64,000 bases of DNA, taken from a virus. Shown piece after piece: positions 11,601 to 20,155 of this stretch; the first letter of the stretch is position 1; every line of letters begins with the position of its first letter. The notes under the pieces were generated by a model. The model was not told the origin of the DNA. It saw only the letters and a program-made list of their open reading frames with translations, and ran no database searches. The position numbers were made by a program, and so were the translations under genes. The stretch covers positions 1 to 64,000 of the IMG/VR virus record IMGVR_UViG_3300028361_000023. The stretch is one strand, 5' to 3'.

Positions 11601-14600
11601 GTAGATATAAATAAACTAACTAAACAAGACATTATAATAAATGGTGTTTACACTAAGTTAGGTAAAATGTTAAGATACGAAATAATTAAAAATATAGCTA
11701 ACAAAAGTTTAAACGCTAGTAAACAATATACAAAACTATATCCTGAATTAAAAAGTTTAAACAAGAATATTGATATTTTTAAAAACGATGCTGCTGAATT
11801 TGTTTTAAATTACGAAATTACTCAAAATGAATTAAGTAATTTTGTTACAGGTAAATTAGGAGAATTTAAGTCTGGTGTAGATTTTATTAAAAGAAACAAA
11901 AAAACAACTACATTAGGTAAACCTCAAAACGTAGAAAACGAAAACGAACATTATGTTAGTTTGAATTTAAAAGACATAATAGTTGTTAGTCCTAATTTTA
12001 ATATTCCTATAGAAATTACAGATGCACAATCGGTAATAACACTTGGATTATTTGAAGAAAAATCTAAAAGAAGAGGTGCTCTTACTCCTAAAAGAAAAGA
12101 AGCTATAGAAAATATAAAAAATGGAATTAAAACAACTGAACAACTAAACCAATTAAAAAACTTTCATACTTCTTATAGATTTGATAAAAAAATAAATGGT
12201 AAAGGTTTAAATAGAAGAGTATCTAAACAAGTTAAAAATAGTGAATTAGTTGTTCATTCTTCTATGTTTCCTGGAACTCAATTTGGAGAGTTTATGAAAT
12301 ATATAGAAGAATTAGAAGAAAAAATAGGTAAAAAAATTCAAATAAATGTAAGTTCTGGTCAAAAGCATGGTACTTTTAAAGAAGTAGATATAGTAGACAA
12401 AGATGGAAATTTAGACCTTAATGATATTACTAAAGAATTATTAGAAACTAGTTTAGATAACAAATATTATAGTGATGAAACAGAACAACTTAGTTACGAA
12501 GCTGAAGAAAAAAACCACGATAATAATATAGGTTCTCAATTACATAAAGTATTATTAACTAATCTTAGTAATGATGCTGTATATGAAATAGGAAATAAAA
12601 AACTTACTGGTCCAGAAGTTCAAAAATTAATAGGAGAATTACGTTCTATTGATGTTGAAAACGCAGCAAAAGAAGTTGTTAAAGATTTAGAAGACGAAAA
12701 TGGAAATGTAACAGAATTAAGTTTAGCTAGTTTTTTAAGAAATCACGGACTTAAACAAGATTGGGCTAATAATATATTAGATATGTTACAAGAAGACAAA
12801 GAAAGAGGACAAACATTGTTACCTTTTTATTTTAGTAGTGTTAATACTAAGATACAACAAGCTCTTACTTCTTTGTTTACTAATAACGTACTTAAAGAAA
12901 AATTTAATGGAAGTCACAAGTTTCAATTTGCTAATTTTTTAACAGATAAAAAACCTATAACAGAAAGTGAAATTAAAGAAGAAGATTCTTTTAATAGTAT
13001 AACATGGATAAATGGAAAAGTAGAAGAACTAACTTCTACTATTTTAGATGGTGAAAGTAGATTACATGCAAAAGTACTTCTACCTTTTACTATGAAAGAA
13101 TTTATGACTAGTGATGTTAAAAATCTTGACAAAAAAGCTTTACAAATGTTAGGTTATAGAATACCAACAGAAGGTAAATACTCTGTTTATAGTTTTGAAG
13201 TGGTAGGATTTTTACCTGAAGCTTTAGGTAGTGCTGTAGTTTTACCTAACGATTGGATTGCTTTATCTGGCTCTGATTTTGATATAGATAGTTTATATAT
13301 TGTTTCTTATTATCTTGATAATGAAGGTAAAGTTATAGAATATTTAGATGACACTAATAGTACTGTAGAAGAAAGATTTTATAAAGTAAATAAACCTAAA
13401 CAATTTGAAAAATCTAAAAAGTTAGTTGAGTTATTAGAAAATAAAAACAAAACAACAGAAGAATTACTTACACAAATAAGAGAAGAATTAGAAGTTAATT
13501 TTAATTTTAAAGACTTAAATAATAAAGAAATCATAAAGCTATTAAAAATAGAGAGCACTAAAAGAGTAACTACTATTGCGGAAGCAAAACAAGAATTACA
13601 AAAAGCAGAAGATAATAACAATAATTTAGAAGCTGTTTCTATATCTAAAACTATTAAAAACCAAACAGAAACTCTTAATTATCTTAATGATTTAAAAAAC
13701 TTTTTCTTTGAAAATAGTAAAGATATATCTCAAGAGACTAATAATCTTTTTGAAAAAGAAATAAAAATCTCTAATGCTCAAAAATTTGAAGAATTTAAAA
13801 AACTTCCTATATCTAAGCAAAATACTAAATTTGCTAGAAAAAATCTAGTATTAGAAAGTTATCAAGAAATTATTTTAAACCCTAATTCACATGCAGAAAT
13901 CAAAGAAAGATCTAGTTTTGATTCTATAAAACAAAGTACTACTCGACTTGAAAATCTTTTAAAAAGTAAAAATAAAGAAGAACTTCATCCTTATGATTTT
14001 TTTGATCAATTAAAAACTACTAGTTTAGTTCTTGCAGGTAAAAAACTTAAAGGGATGGCTGTTCAATTAAAATCTACTACTGATATAGCAAATGCAGTAG
14101 GAGGCATAACGTTAAGTAAACCTTTACAAATAAAACTTAGTAAAAATCGAATAAAAGAAGTAGGCATTAAAAACATTAAAAAAGTATTCGGCAATTCTTT
14201 TAACGAAACTACAAGAATACTTACTTTAAGTACTATAGGTAAAACAACAACTGGAAGTAATGTAAATATTGATAATATTTTTATAACAGGATTAACTTCT
14301 CAAACTACAGCATACACTCTTGATATTGTTAAAGAAGGAGGCATTCCTGGAGTTACTACAGATACTCTTACTACTTTTGTTTTACCTGCTATGTTAGGTT
14401 TAGAAAATTATGATTTTTCTATAATGTTACTTAATCAACCAATAATTAAGTATTATTTAACACTAGAAGATAATGAAAAAGGTCATTTTAATACAGGAAA
14501 CTACGCTAGTAATAGTCTTTATAGAGATTATAATAATCTTATTAATAGGGCTAAAAACCCAGAAAGTAAATTTGATAAATATATTAAAAAAGAAGACAGA

Positions 14601-17600
14601 ATTAAATTATTAGAATTAAATACTGTTCCTGATATAGAAGAACTAGAGAAAAACATAACTATTCAAAAACAAGGAGCTAAAAAAACTTTATCTAATGCTA
14701 AATATATAGAATACTTAGAAAACCAAATAGCTTTATTTAATTATTTTTTATCTGTTCAAGATATTAGTAAAGACATAGCAAATTTAAACGAAGTATTAAG
14801 TTATGATAAAATAGGAGGTGGTCCAACTTTAAATACTACTGTAAATCAAACTTATAAAGTTGTAGATATTGAAGGTAAATTTAGTATTAATGGTATTGAT
14901 TTAGTAGAAGCTATATTTGGTGAAAATTCTGTTTATCCTATGTTAAAAACATTTAAAGAACAAGTAAATGATACTAGTTATAATTTGTTTAAAGATTTCT
15001 TTATAACAGAAGGTGACACTGTAGTTTCAGAAATTGTTTCTACTGTAAATGGTAAAGATAATCAAGAAGCATTAAAAAAATACATAGTAAATGTTTTTCT
15101 TATAGGCAGACCTTCTAGTCCTACTTATTTTGGCGAACTAGAAAACGATATGATAAGTAAAAGAAGAATACTTAATCCAAAAAACAAAGAAAATATCTCT
15201 GCTTTTGATTATCAATACGTAAATATAACTGATTTAAGTCAAAAGAATTTTGAAGTATTTCAAAGTCTTACAACTTCTAATAAATTAGATTTAATTAAAA
15301 ATCAAATAAGTAAATTAATTTCAGAAACACAATTATTTGATGGTATTAATTTTAATCCTGAAATTAGACTAAAGTATGATAAGTTAAATTTAGATTTAGA
15401 TAGTGATGTTGATATACTTATAGAAGAATATAAGAAAGCATTAAATTCTAGTAATCCTTTTGTTAAAAATTTAGCTTACGAATTAATAGGTTATGAATAC
15501 CTTACAACTGGTTTAGAGTTCGGTAAAGGATTAGCTAAAATAATACCTGCTGAAGTTTTTAGACAAAAACAAAGTGTAGTTGGTAATTTAGACATAAATG
15601 GAACCCTTAGAGACATACATAACAAGCTTAAAAATAAAACATACCCTGATCTTTTTGACGTATTAGATGGTTTTTTAAGAAGCAATTATAGTAATGATAC
15701 TCTTGTTCCTACTTTAAGCCGTGAAATTAAAGATAATATAAAAAAAGGAGTAGAAAAAGATACTATTTTTAATCTTGATGATTTACCTATAAAAATACAA
15801 AAAAATACAATATTTAAATATGTAAATAAAGACCAAGAAACTACTGAACTATATAAAAAATTTACAAATGAAAATGATGTATTTTTTAGAGAAGTAAATA
15901 AATTAGAAAAATTTGAAAAAGGGGATGAAAGTTATTATAAACCTAATAATACAGTTAATACTGCTGATACTTTTATGGATAACTTTCAAGAATCTTTATT
16001 ACATAACAACAATGAAGCAGTAAGAGAAGCTTTAGTTAAGCAATTTGAAGCTGCTAATTATTCTAAAATAACAGGAGAGTTAGAACATTTTACTAAAGAA
16101 TTTTTTCATAGGTCTATAAAACAAGATTTTACTAAACTAACTGAAAGAGAATTATACTTATCTATTTATGGTAATATAAAGAAAAAACCTTTATTACAAG
16201 ATATAGTAATGGTTGAAAATATTCAAATTAATAAATTACCACTAAGTGATCTTGCAAAACTAGCTAAAAGATTTGAGGATAAGTTAGATTTAAGTGATAT
16301 TGATTTAGTTTCTTTACCTGTTTATAAAAAAATAGAAGAACTAGATACCGAAGGTTTATATAGAGGATTACTTCAAATATATTTATACAATCAAGAAAAA
16401 TCTATATTTCTTAAAGACAAACTTGATAAATTAAATATAGATGAAAATACTCTTAATAATCCAAGTAGTAAAAAAGAAGCTACAAAAATATTAGACGAAT
16501 TAAAAAGATTTGTAGAAAGTTATAAAGATTTTGAAAATCTTAAATTTTATAAACAAGAAGAAGATACAAATAAACTAAATATACTTCAACAAAAAATAAA
16601 TACAGTTATAGGTAAAATTCAAGATCAAAAAAATCAAATAGAAAATCTTGATGCTAATAGAGATATTAAATTTACCCAACTGCTTGTAGAACTTTACAAG
16701 AAAAACTCAACACAAGACATAGGTAAAAACGATGAAGAAGTCAAAAATTTTGTAATAAATTCATTAAAGCAACTACACGATATAAGTTTTTTTGCTGAAA
16801 AAGGAGATACTATATTCGATTCTGGTCAAGCTTTTATTAGTATATTAGGAAAAGAAATAAGAACTAATATGGCAGAAGGAAATATAACACAACTTGACTT
16901 ATTAAAAGAATGGAATACGATATATAAAAAAATAGGAAAAATAGAAAATATACTTGAAACAAAAGAAGTTACAGACGTAAAAGGAACTAGAACTATTAAT
17001 ACTGGTAAATGGGACATAACTAAAACAGATGCTATAGGAAAAGAAGTTACAGCTTTTTTTGTTAAACTACAAAAATTAGCTATAGAAGTGTCTCCTGATG
17101 GAAGTATTGCACAGGGTTATTTACCTTCTATACCTAATTTAAAAGGAGACAGTTTAGATACTTTTATAAAAAATAGTTTATCTTATTATGATGATATTTC
17201 TTTAAATAATAAAAATAATGTAAAAGACAGTTTAGGTACTAAATTTAGTAATATAACATTACCTTTTGATACTCTAATTGTTAAAAAGAAAAGTATAACT
17301 TATAGGAAACAAGAAAAAGACGAAAGTATAGGAGAATATAATTCTAGTGTAATACATGATGTATTTATAACTACTGGTAAAACTTTTAACAGTGTTAAAG
17401 ACATTAGAACATATAATAAACTTGTTGCTGATAGAAATAAAAAACTTAAAAGCGATCTTCATGGTGAAAATATAGACTATAATATGGCAGAAATTATTCC
17501 TATATTTATAGAAAAAATTACACAAACTAAAAGTAAAGCAGATAATGTAGACTTAGCTAGACTTCTTGTAAATGAAGTTAAAAGCAGAAAAAATATCAAA

Positions 17601-19247
17601 AAATCTAGACATGAAAGTTACTTAAACTTAGCTGCTAAAAGGTTTTCTACAAAAGCAGAAGATACTGTAGATGGTAAAAATGCTAAAATAGTTGAACAAC
17701 TCGATTGGATGCTTGATAATACTTTTTATGACGATAAAAATAGAAGTGGAAACGATGCTACTAAATATGGAAGAGTTTTAAGAAACTACACATCTTTATT
17801 AGGTATGGGTTTTAATGTTTTTAGTGGTCTTAATAACATTATTTATGGGCGTATGCAAACTGCTTTTAAAGCATTAGGTAAAGACGATTATTCTCATAAA
17901 CATTGGAGAAAAGCAGGCAAATTATATTATAGAGATGGTGCTTTAGGTAGTTATATAGCAGATGCAGGAAGAAAAGATCAAAAAGTTACAAGTAAACAAA
18001 GCGGTATATTTAATTTATTTAATATATTAAATAATCAAACTGAAGTTCCTGAACATGGTAAAATAGATCTTACAGCAGAAGAAGATAAGAATAGTATGAA
18101 AGCAATAGTTAAAAATAATTTTTCTGTACAAATATTAAACAATATAGGAGAACATGCTTTACAAAATAAACTATTAATTGCAATGTTATTAAGTCATAAA
18201 ATTGTAGATAATAGAGCAGTTAGTTTTAAACAGTTTATTAATAACAAACTTACTAAAGTTGAAGGTACTATAGAAGAAAAAAAGAAAATTATAGAGAACA
18301 ACAAATCCGTAGAAAAAAAGGCGTTAGAAGAATTTGAAAAACTAGATAGTGTTTATAGTTTGTTTGAGTTTAATAAAGAAGAAGGTTATATTAATTGGGA
18401 TAAAAGTAAACTTACTAAAAAAGCTTTTGGAGAATTAAGAGAAAAAATACTAAGAAAAAATCACGATCTTCATGGTATTTATAATCAAGAAGATTTATCT
18501 GTTATTCATGCTTATGAAATAGGTAGACTCGTTATGATGTTTCGTAAATGGATGAGACCTGGTTGGAATAAGCGTTTTGGTAGTCATTTTTTAAAAGAAG
18601 GTGGTTATAGAGAATTAGCACAAACTGAAGATAAGGGAACTTATACTAGTTTATATGAATTTGGTACGTCTGCCTATAGAGAAAATAATTTCTCTCAAAA
18701 CCGTGAAGAGTTTAATACTTTAGCAGCAGTAAGTGCTCTAGTAAGAGATCATATTCTTTTTGTTAAAAATGCAGGTTTTCATTATAATAGTCTTTCTTAT
18801 AACGATAGAGCTAGAGTTAAAGAATCTACAATAGAACTTGTTACGTGGTTTACAAGTATAGGATTATTTGCAGCACTTAAAGGGTGGGGAGAAGACGACG
18901 AAGAATTAAAAGAAGCTTATTTATATAATATGGGTGTTTATCAATTAGATAGATTATCTGTTGAACTCGGTACTTATACTCCTATATATGGTTGGTTTAA
19001 TGAAGGTCTTAAACTTTCTGCTTCTCCTTCTGCTAATTCAAATACAGTTTTAAAATTAATAAAACTTATACAAGCTGGTGCAAATTTAAGTGATTTTGAG
19101 ATTGATCCTACTGATGTATATAGAGGAGGTAAGTATAAAGAAGAACTTAAAGTTAAAATAAAAGCTATGCAATTAGTTCCTTTTGCTACTCAATATATGA
19201 GAATAAAATACCTTAAAGAAAATAACAAAGCTTTTGCGTTAATGTAA
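5685..19247 (+). CDS. Virion-packaged DNA-dependent RNA polymerase polyprotein (crAss-like double-psi beta-barrel RNAP) with N-terminal zincin and ART-like domains and a C-terminal helical cargo domain
   Basis: 4520 aa; GYRIPTEG and GSDFDIDSLY (DxDxD at 13275-13289); HEALH at 6288-6302 plus HEFLSEALSN; LFHGG..GIYFT..YIVFEPSQI ART-like pattern at ~7050-7410. Confidence 0.9.
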   Translation: MSKCPNKNHPAFIDAANVLGENVTYSLYEASNDTLVDEHPLYEEFVNAYGIENGIKKIADRVLNQGKVNYTLKSINLLSSDKAIQVFEKGEKNNWSLDKILTELQIPKEQKQIILDKYKNNNILNQLIFQDGTLNSNKLLEKFVDDSFAGKLIDLLNKKGLFKNISEIKLKENNSSALGYYTPEGYLEVDAPVSHQQRTVLHEALHSVTNIKIEEYFKLFPNKNIGNNIYTEVPSYGNINLTKQDINNLDSLVSIFQKVLDSNLKFNEDPNIAISNNNYGLDNLHEFLSEALSNPYFVEQLKTLPSINNKRSNLFKDFIENILSFLNINKNISIYDDIVNNFEDLFLTKKTTKNNSKTNLREDIITSLLAENAVVTDVTNIQYSENKTSYINSKLENTGSNLREKDVETPKQKSLTPEQNKSIENLKSIEPAYADYSNEQIQSFIESKIPDSQAKQVLFHGGTLIKDEKFKDNYTGSKGIYFTGSKKRAESYIKAKGSTEYSNNSKIYATLLDIKSPLNKKVWSKWKFNADTINDKEFKQIQDNNADSIIDKDFFSKIGLTNYNTQYIVFEPSQITILNSPETIQEFKEFINAKSEKNQNKKILLDNFDENNKTNQDKVNYTLKSINLLSSDKAIEIFEKGEKNNWSLDKILTELQIPKEQKQIILDKYKDKIAGKKLSIVAERRKLATDKDLENSQLIKDIRVDKSQPKELKPNGYDNNLAAIMLYGMKMSELEDKGLPEEMQEANVLAYRILNNFMFNINEITEFMDVMTPQYANVLTTNENPVKEFFENDVFEESDKINLNLREDIITSLLADNSFVVEVNVAKENDKLGKQPHPMEGERSFTVNGDIYTLNSDVEPDGEGGISNFTTAYKNDKEITIEEYLKGKKLASDKGINTSYYSNLTVPGGTNYTENEISTPDIIPNIKGHAQFSTNNGIGWFRSDDKSSIITKEIETTEKYDPEYDEQGFYSKTQKEEITSFFVEYKEAKEKGVYIKSENGYKLGDFLYKEFDLAFEGIKYVKYLYKGELKDTKIRRILEVQSDLFQKGRDKKDLISNIEDETFRKLADNQFLQLLNKKGNWVNFFIQSIVQDSVKKGYKKVLFPTGETAAKVEGHETIAEELLKLENEIINKKQRLKEIGNKTTEYIIADPFEGEEVYNNKEEAEKVAKRKGLKVHIGSVIDNNLEEELEILEKNKNNLKTQGIEKLKPVEAFYTNRVTNILNKLYDVTQITDEHSNTWNEVDITKKENQSNDIFLDNFDDSPIKPEIKLHNMEGYLANNISFNSDSINLNAIESLEVKNVTAFIVAQVNTYLEKNKLKISDEKLKEQVIKIIKSKLNVDNFTAEQRNFVENKWIAGLERDNSYLWGQIKNISNSKYGKVLTEFNEEFALDVNTKDFDDSKRFKESTLKGEQDLKNKINQIIKTPKEQSYSGFDVYFDFRQIAGKLHRHLQNTNNKNFINNFSDLILIDKSYEKILNKVNEDENFKIKLANFTNVEYIQPNLDIITVNSKGITSYKTEDETKGQQPGIKLANSWINEYKKIVTIRDLQKENFLDEITDIEKEFKQHLIAEDYNNAAKTLVELFANININITKNDLSKFIKINPELIISEYLSQQFDTYKAFKDYAISYEGGDTKTTYPNINKLFSPLNNFAVDMSIVSSEEKELRYADVNQNMSSAVVSNYHLRRFFNTLKGDNGKAFLVESLLEKGIQHSNWLISGKIIIPQSDKTEIIFDSNGIPVIFDINKEVVNIMIDQPLAGSVNKFTRQGKTYEDFVEKDSMILQFVKYVTNKEKLTTKTTGMSIINMNTPSEGKGFDLTVPITTVIPNMVNELERIEKINQPKVVKKIDQRGLPIERIFSIDEQKEAALKYLFIETETIDNKVVEKRNSPILQAFMNIALQEIERIQEANEDFGDILDGKTTDRTLDIPKMQMFYDYKTKTTVKKDGTKITTLIKGNKFKFNTLSYLNDFLIKEDVDINKLTKQDIIINGVYTKLGKMLRYEIIKNIANKSLNASKQYTKLYPELKSLNKNIDIFKNDAAEFVLNYEITQNELSNFVTGKLGEFKSGVDFIKRNKKTTTLGKPQNVENENEHYVSLNLKDIIVVSPNFNIPIEITDAQSVITLGLFEEKSKRRGALTPKRKEAIENIKNGIKTTEQLNQLKNFHTSYRFDKKINGKGLNRRVSKQVKNSELVVHSSMFPGTQFGEFMKYIEELEEKIGKKIQINVSSGQKHGTFKEVDIVDKDGNLDLNDITKELLETSLDNKYYSDETEQLSYEAEEKNHDNNIGSQLHKVLLTNLSNDAVYEIGNKKLTGPEVQKLIGELRSIDVENAAKEVVKDLEDENGNVTELSLASFLRNHGLKQDWANNILDMLQEDKERGQTLLPFYFSSVNTKIQQALTSLFTNNVLKEKFNGSHKFQFANFLTDKKPITESEIKEEDSFNSITWINGKVEELTSTILDGESRLHAKVLLPFTMKEFMTSDVKNLDKKALQMLGYRIPTEGKYSVYSFEVVGFLPEALGSAVVLPNDWIALSGSDFDIDSLYIVSYYLDNEGKVIEYLDDTNSTVEERFYKVNKPKQFEKSKKLVELLENKNKTTEELLTQIREELEVNFNFKDLNNKEIIKLLKIESTKRVTTIAEAKQELQKAEDNNNNLEAVSISKTIKNQTETLNYLNDLKNFFFENSKDISQETNNLFEKEIKISNAQKFEEFKKLPISKQNTKFARKNLVLESYQEIILNPNSHAEIKERSSFDSIKQSTTRLENLLKSKNKEELHPYDFFDQLKTTSLVLAGKKLKGMAVQLKSTTDIANAVGGITLSKPLQIKLSKNRIKEVGIKNIKKVFGNSFNETTRILTLSTIGKTTTGSNVNIDNIFITGLTSQTTAYTLDIVKEGGIPGVTTDTLTTFVLPAMLGLENYDFSIMLLNQPIIKYYLTLEDNEKGHFNTGNYASNSLYRDYNNLINRAKNPESKFDKYIKKEDRIKLLELNTVPDIEELEKNITIQKQGAKKTLSNAKYIEYLENQIALFNYFLSVQDISKDIANLNEVLSYDKIGGGPTLNTTVNQTYKVVDIEGKFSINGIDLVEAIFGENSVYPMLKTFKEQVNDTSYNLFKDFFITEGDTVVSEIVSTVNGKDNQEALKKYIVNVFLIGRPSSPTYFGELENDMISKRRILNPKNKENISAFDYQYVNITDLSQKNFEVFQSLTTSNKLDLIKNQISKLISETQLFDGINFNPEIRLKYDKLNLDLDSDVDILIEEYKKALNSSNPFVKNLAYELIGYEYLTTGLEFGKGLAKIIPAEVFRQKQSVVGNLDINGTLRDIHNKLKNKTYPDLFDVLDGFLRSNYSNDTLVPTLSREIKDNIKKGVEKDTIFNLDDLPIKIQKNTIFKYVNKDQETTELYKKFTNENDVFFREVNKLEKFEKGDESYYKPNNTVNTADTFMDNFQESLLHNNNEAVREALVKQFEAANYSKITGELEHFTKEFFHRSIKQDFTKLTERELYLSIYGNIKKKPLLQDIVMVENIQINKLPLSDLAKLAKRFEDKLDLSDIDLVSLPVYKKIEELDTEGLYRGLLQIYLYNQEKSIFLKDKLDKLNIDENTLNNPSSKKEATKILDELKRFVESYKDFENLKFYKQEEDTNKLNILQQKINTVIGKIQDQKNQIENLDANRDIKFTQLLVELYKKNSTQDIGKNDEEVKNFVINSLKQLHDISFFAEKGDTIFDSGQAFISILGKEIRTNMAEGNITQLDLLKEWNTIYKKIGKIENILETKEVTDVKGTRTINTGKWDITKTDAIGKEVTAFFVKLQKLAIEVSPDGSIAQGYLPSIPNLKGDSLDTFIKNSLSYYDDISLNNKNNVKDSLGTKFSNITLPFDTLIVKKKSITYRKQEKDESIGEYNSSVIHDVFITTGKTFNSVKDIRTYNKLVADRNKKLKSDLHGENIDYNMAEIIPIFIEKITQTKSKADNVDLARLLVNEVKSRKNIKKSRHESYLNLAAKRFSTKAEDTVDGKNAKIVEQLDWMLDNTFYDDKNRSGNDATKYGRVLRNYTSLLGMGFNVFSGLNNIIYGRMQTAFKALGKDDYSHKHWRKAGKLYYRDGALGSYIADAGRKDQKVTSKQSGIFNLFNILNNQTEVPEHGKIDLTAEEDKNSMKAIVKNNFSVQILNNIGEHALQNKLLIAMLLSHKIVDNRAVSFKQFINNKLTKVEGTIEEKKKIIENNKSVEKKALEEFEKLDSVYSLFEFNKEEGYINWDKSKLTKKAFGELREKILRKNHDLHGIYNQEDLSVIHAYEIGRLVMMFRKWMRPGWNKRFGSHFLKEGGYRELAQTEDKGTYTSLYEFGTSAYRENNFSQNREEFNTLAAVSALVRDHILFVKNAGFHYNSLSYNDRARVKESTIELVTWFTSIGLFAALKGWGEDDEELKEAYLYNMGVYQLDRLSVELGTYTPIYGWFNEGLKLSASPSANSNTVLKLIKLIQAGANLSDFEIDPTDVYRGGKYKEELKVKIKAMQLVPFATQYMRIKYLKENNKAFALM
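5873..6041 (+). repeat. Direct repeat A, copy 1 (169 bp)
   Basis: About 9 mismatches against 7526-7694; encodes VNYTLKSINLLSSDKA...KQIILDKYK. Confidence 0.95.
6758..6796 (+). repeat. Direct repeat B, copy 1 (39 bp)
   Basis: Identical to 8093-8131; encodes NLREDIITSLLA. Confidence 0.95.
7526..7694 (+). repeat. Direct repeat A, copy 2
   Basis: About 95% identical to 5873-6041, same frame. Confidence 0.95.
8093..8131 (+). repeat. Direct repeat B, copy 2
   Basis: Identical to 6758-6796, same frame. Confidence 0.95.
11232..11249 (+). repeat. Dispersed 18-bp motif copy 2 (CTGCCTATAGAAAGAATA)
   Basis: Shares 22 bp identity with the intergenic copy at 47671-47692. Confidence 0.9.
15092..15109 (-). 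repeat. Dispersed 18-bp motif copy 3 (CTGCCTATAAGAAAAACA)
   Basis: Consensus match. Confidence 0.9.
18670..18687 (+). repeat. Dispersed 18-bp motif copy 4 (CTGCCTATAGAGAAAATA)
   Basis: Consensus match; different reading frame from copy 2. Confidence 0.9.
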
Positions 19248-19275
19248 TTCTTAATGTAATTTGTTAATTATTGTT

Positions 19276-19316
19276 AGTAAAGTAACCCTATACTTATAGT
19301 ATAGGGATTACTTACT
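19276..19316. terminator. Hairpin between convergent modules (probable bidirectional terminator)
   Basis: GTAA-CCCTATACT-tat-AGTATAGGG-a-TTAC inverted repeat between the vRNAP stop and the convergent - strand operon. Confidence 0.7.
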
Positions 19317-19394
19317 TGAACCAACGTTTACTGGTATCTTTGTATGTACGATAGTACAGGATGAAAAATTCTACGCCACGTATGACACCTTAAT

Positions 19395-19613
19395 TTACGT
19401 TAAATTATACTTTTTAGCAAAATAATTAACGACTTCTGGAATATGTTTTTTGTAATAAGGTTGATTATCTTTACACCACTTTTTTAATTCTGTTTTATTT
19501 GTTATCTTAGCTAACCAAGATTCTCCTATTTGTATAGAGTGTAACATAGGTTCTAATTCATCAATAAAATTTTGAACAGTCCAACCTTCCCAAATGTGTT
19601 TATTTAAATTCAT
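19395..19613 (-). CDS. Hypothetical protein
   Basis: 72 aa; tightly packed at the end of the - strand operon. Confidence 0.7.
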   Translation of the reverse strand: MNLNKHIWEGWTVQNFIDELEPMLHSIQIGESWLAKITNKTELKKWCKDNQPYYKKHIPEVVNYFAKKYNLT

Positions 19614-19614
19614 A

Positions 19615-20154
19615 TTATATATTAAAATTTTTAAACATTTTACTTTCTACTGGTTTACCTTCTTGATTTTGATATTTAGAAGTACTTTTACTACCGTAAG
19701 GATTATTAATATTACCAACAACTTCATGATAATATATTTGAGCTATTGGTACATTAGGATATATCTTTAAAGGTCTTTGAACTATTATTTCTAATGTCCA
19801 ATGTCCTTTAAAACCTACATCACCTTTACCTGCTGTAATATGTATCATCATACCTAAACGACCAATAGAAGACTTACCATCAATGATAGGTAGATGTTCT
19901 AAAGTTTCAGTATATTCAACAGTAGAACCTAAATATAACCAACCAGGATGTAATGTATAACCTTCTTCAGGAATTTCAAAATGTTTAATCTTATTATGAT
20001 CTTTCATATCAAGACTAAGTTTTTTATAAGTAGCTAGATGTTTACTTAAATGTAAATCATAACTATTAGGTCCAAGATTTGCAATGTTAAAAGGTTCTAT
20101 AATTATAGAACCTTTTTCTTTTTTTCTTATTATTTCACTATCACTTAATATCAT
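19615..20154 (-). CDS. dcd: dCTP deaminase (trimeric dUTPase superfamily)
   Basis: MILSD.EI, PNSYDLHL, DGKSSIGRLG, GDVGFKGHWTLEI, IAQI, KYQNQ motifs. Confidence 0.9.
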   Translation of the reverse strand: MILSDSEIIRKKEKGSIIIEPFNIANLGPNSYDLHLSKHLATYKKLSLDMKDHNKIKHFEIPEEGYTLHPGWLYLGSTVEYTETLEHLPIIDGKSSIGRLGMMIHITAGKGDVGFKGHWTLEIIVQRPLKIYPNVPIAQIYYHEVVGNINNPYGSKSTSKYQNQEGKPVESKMFKNFNI

Positions 20155-20155
20155 A

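Noticed and set aside
787-17525. Many short - strand ORFs inside the two giant genes, and similar antisense ORFs elsewhere (e.g. 21138-21587, 24044-24547, 57975-58376)
   Set aside because: F/L/I/S-rich shadow translations fully overlapping well-supported genes on the opposite strand
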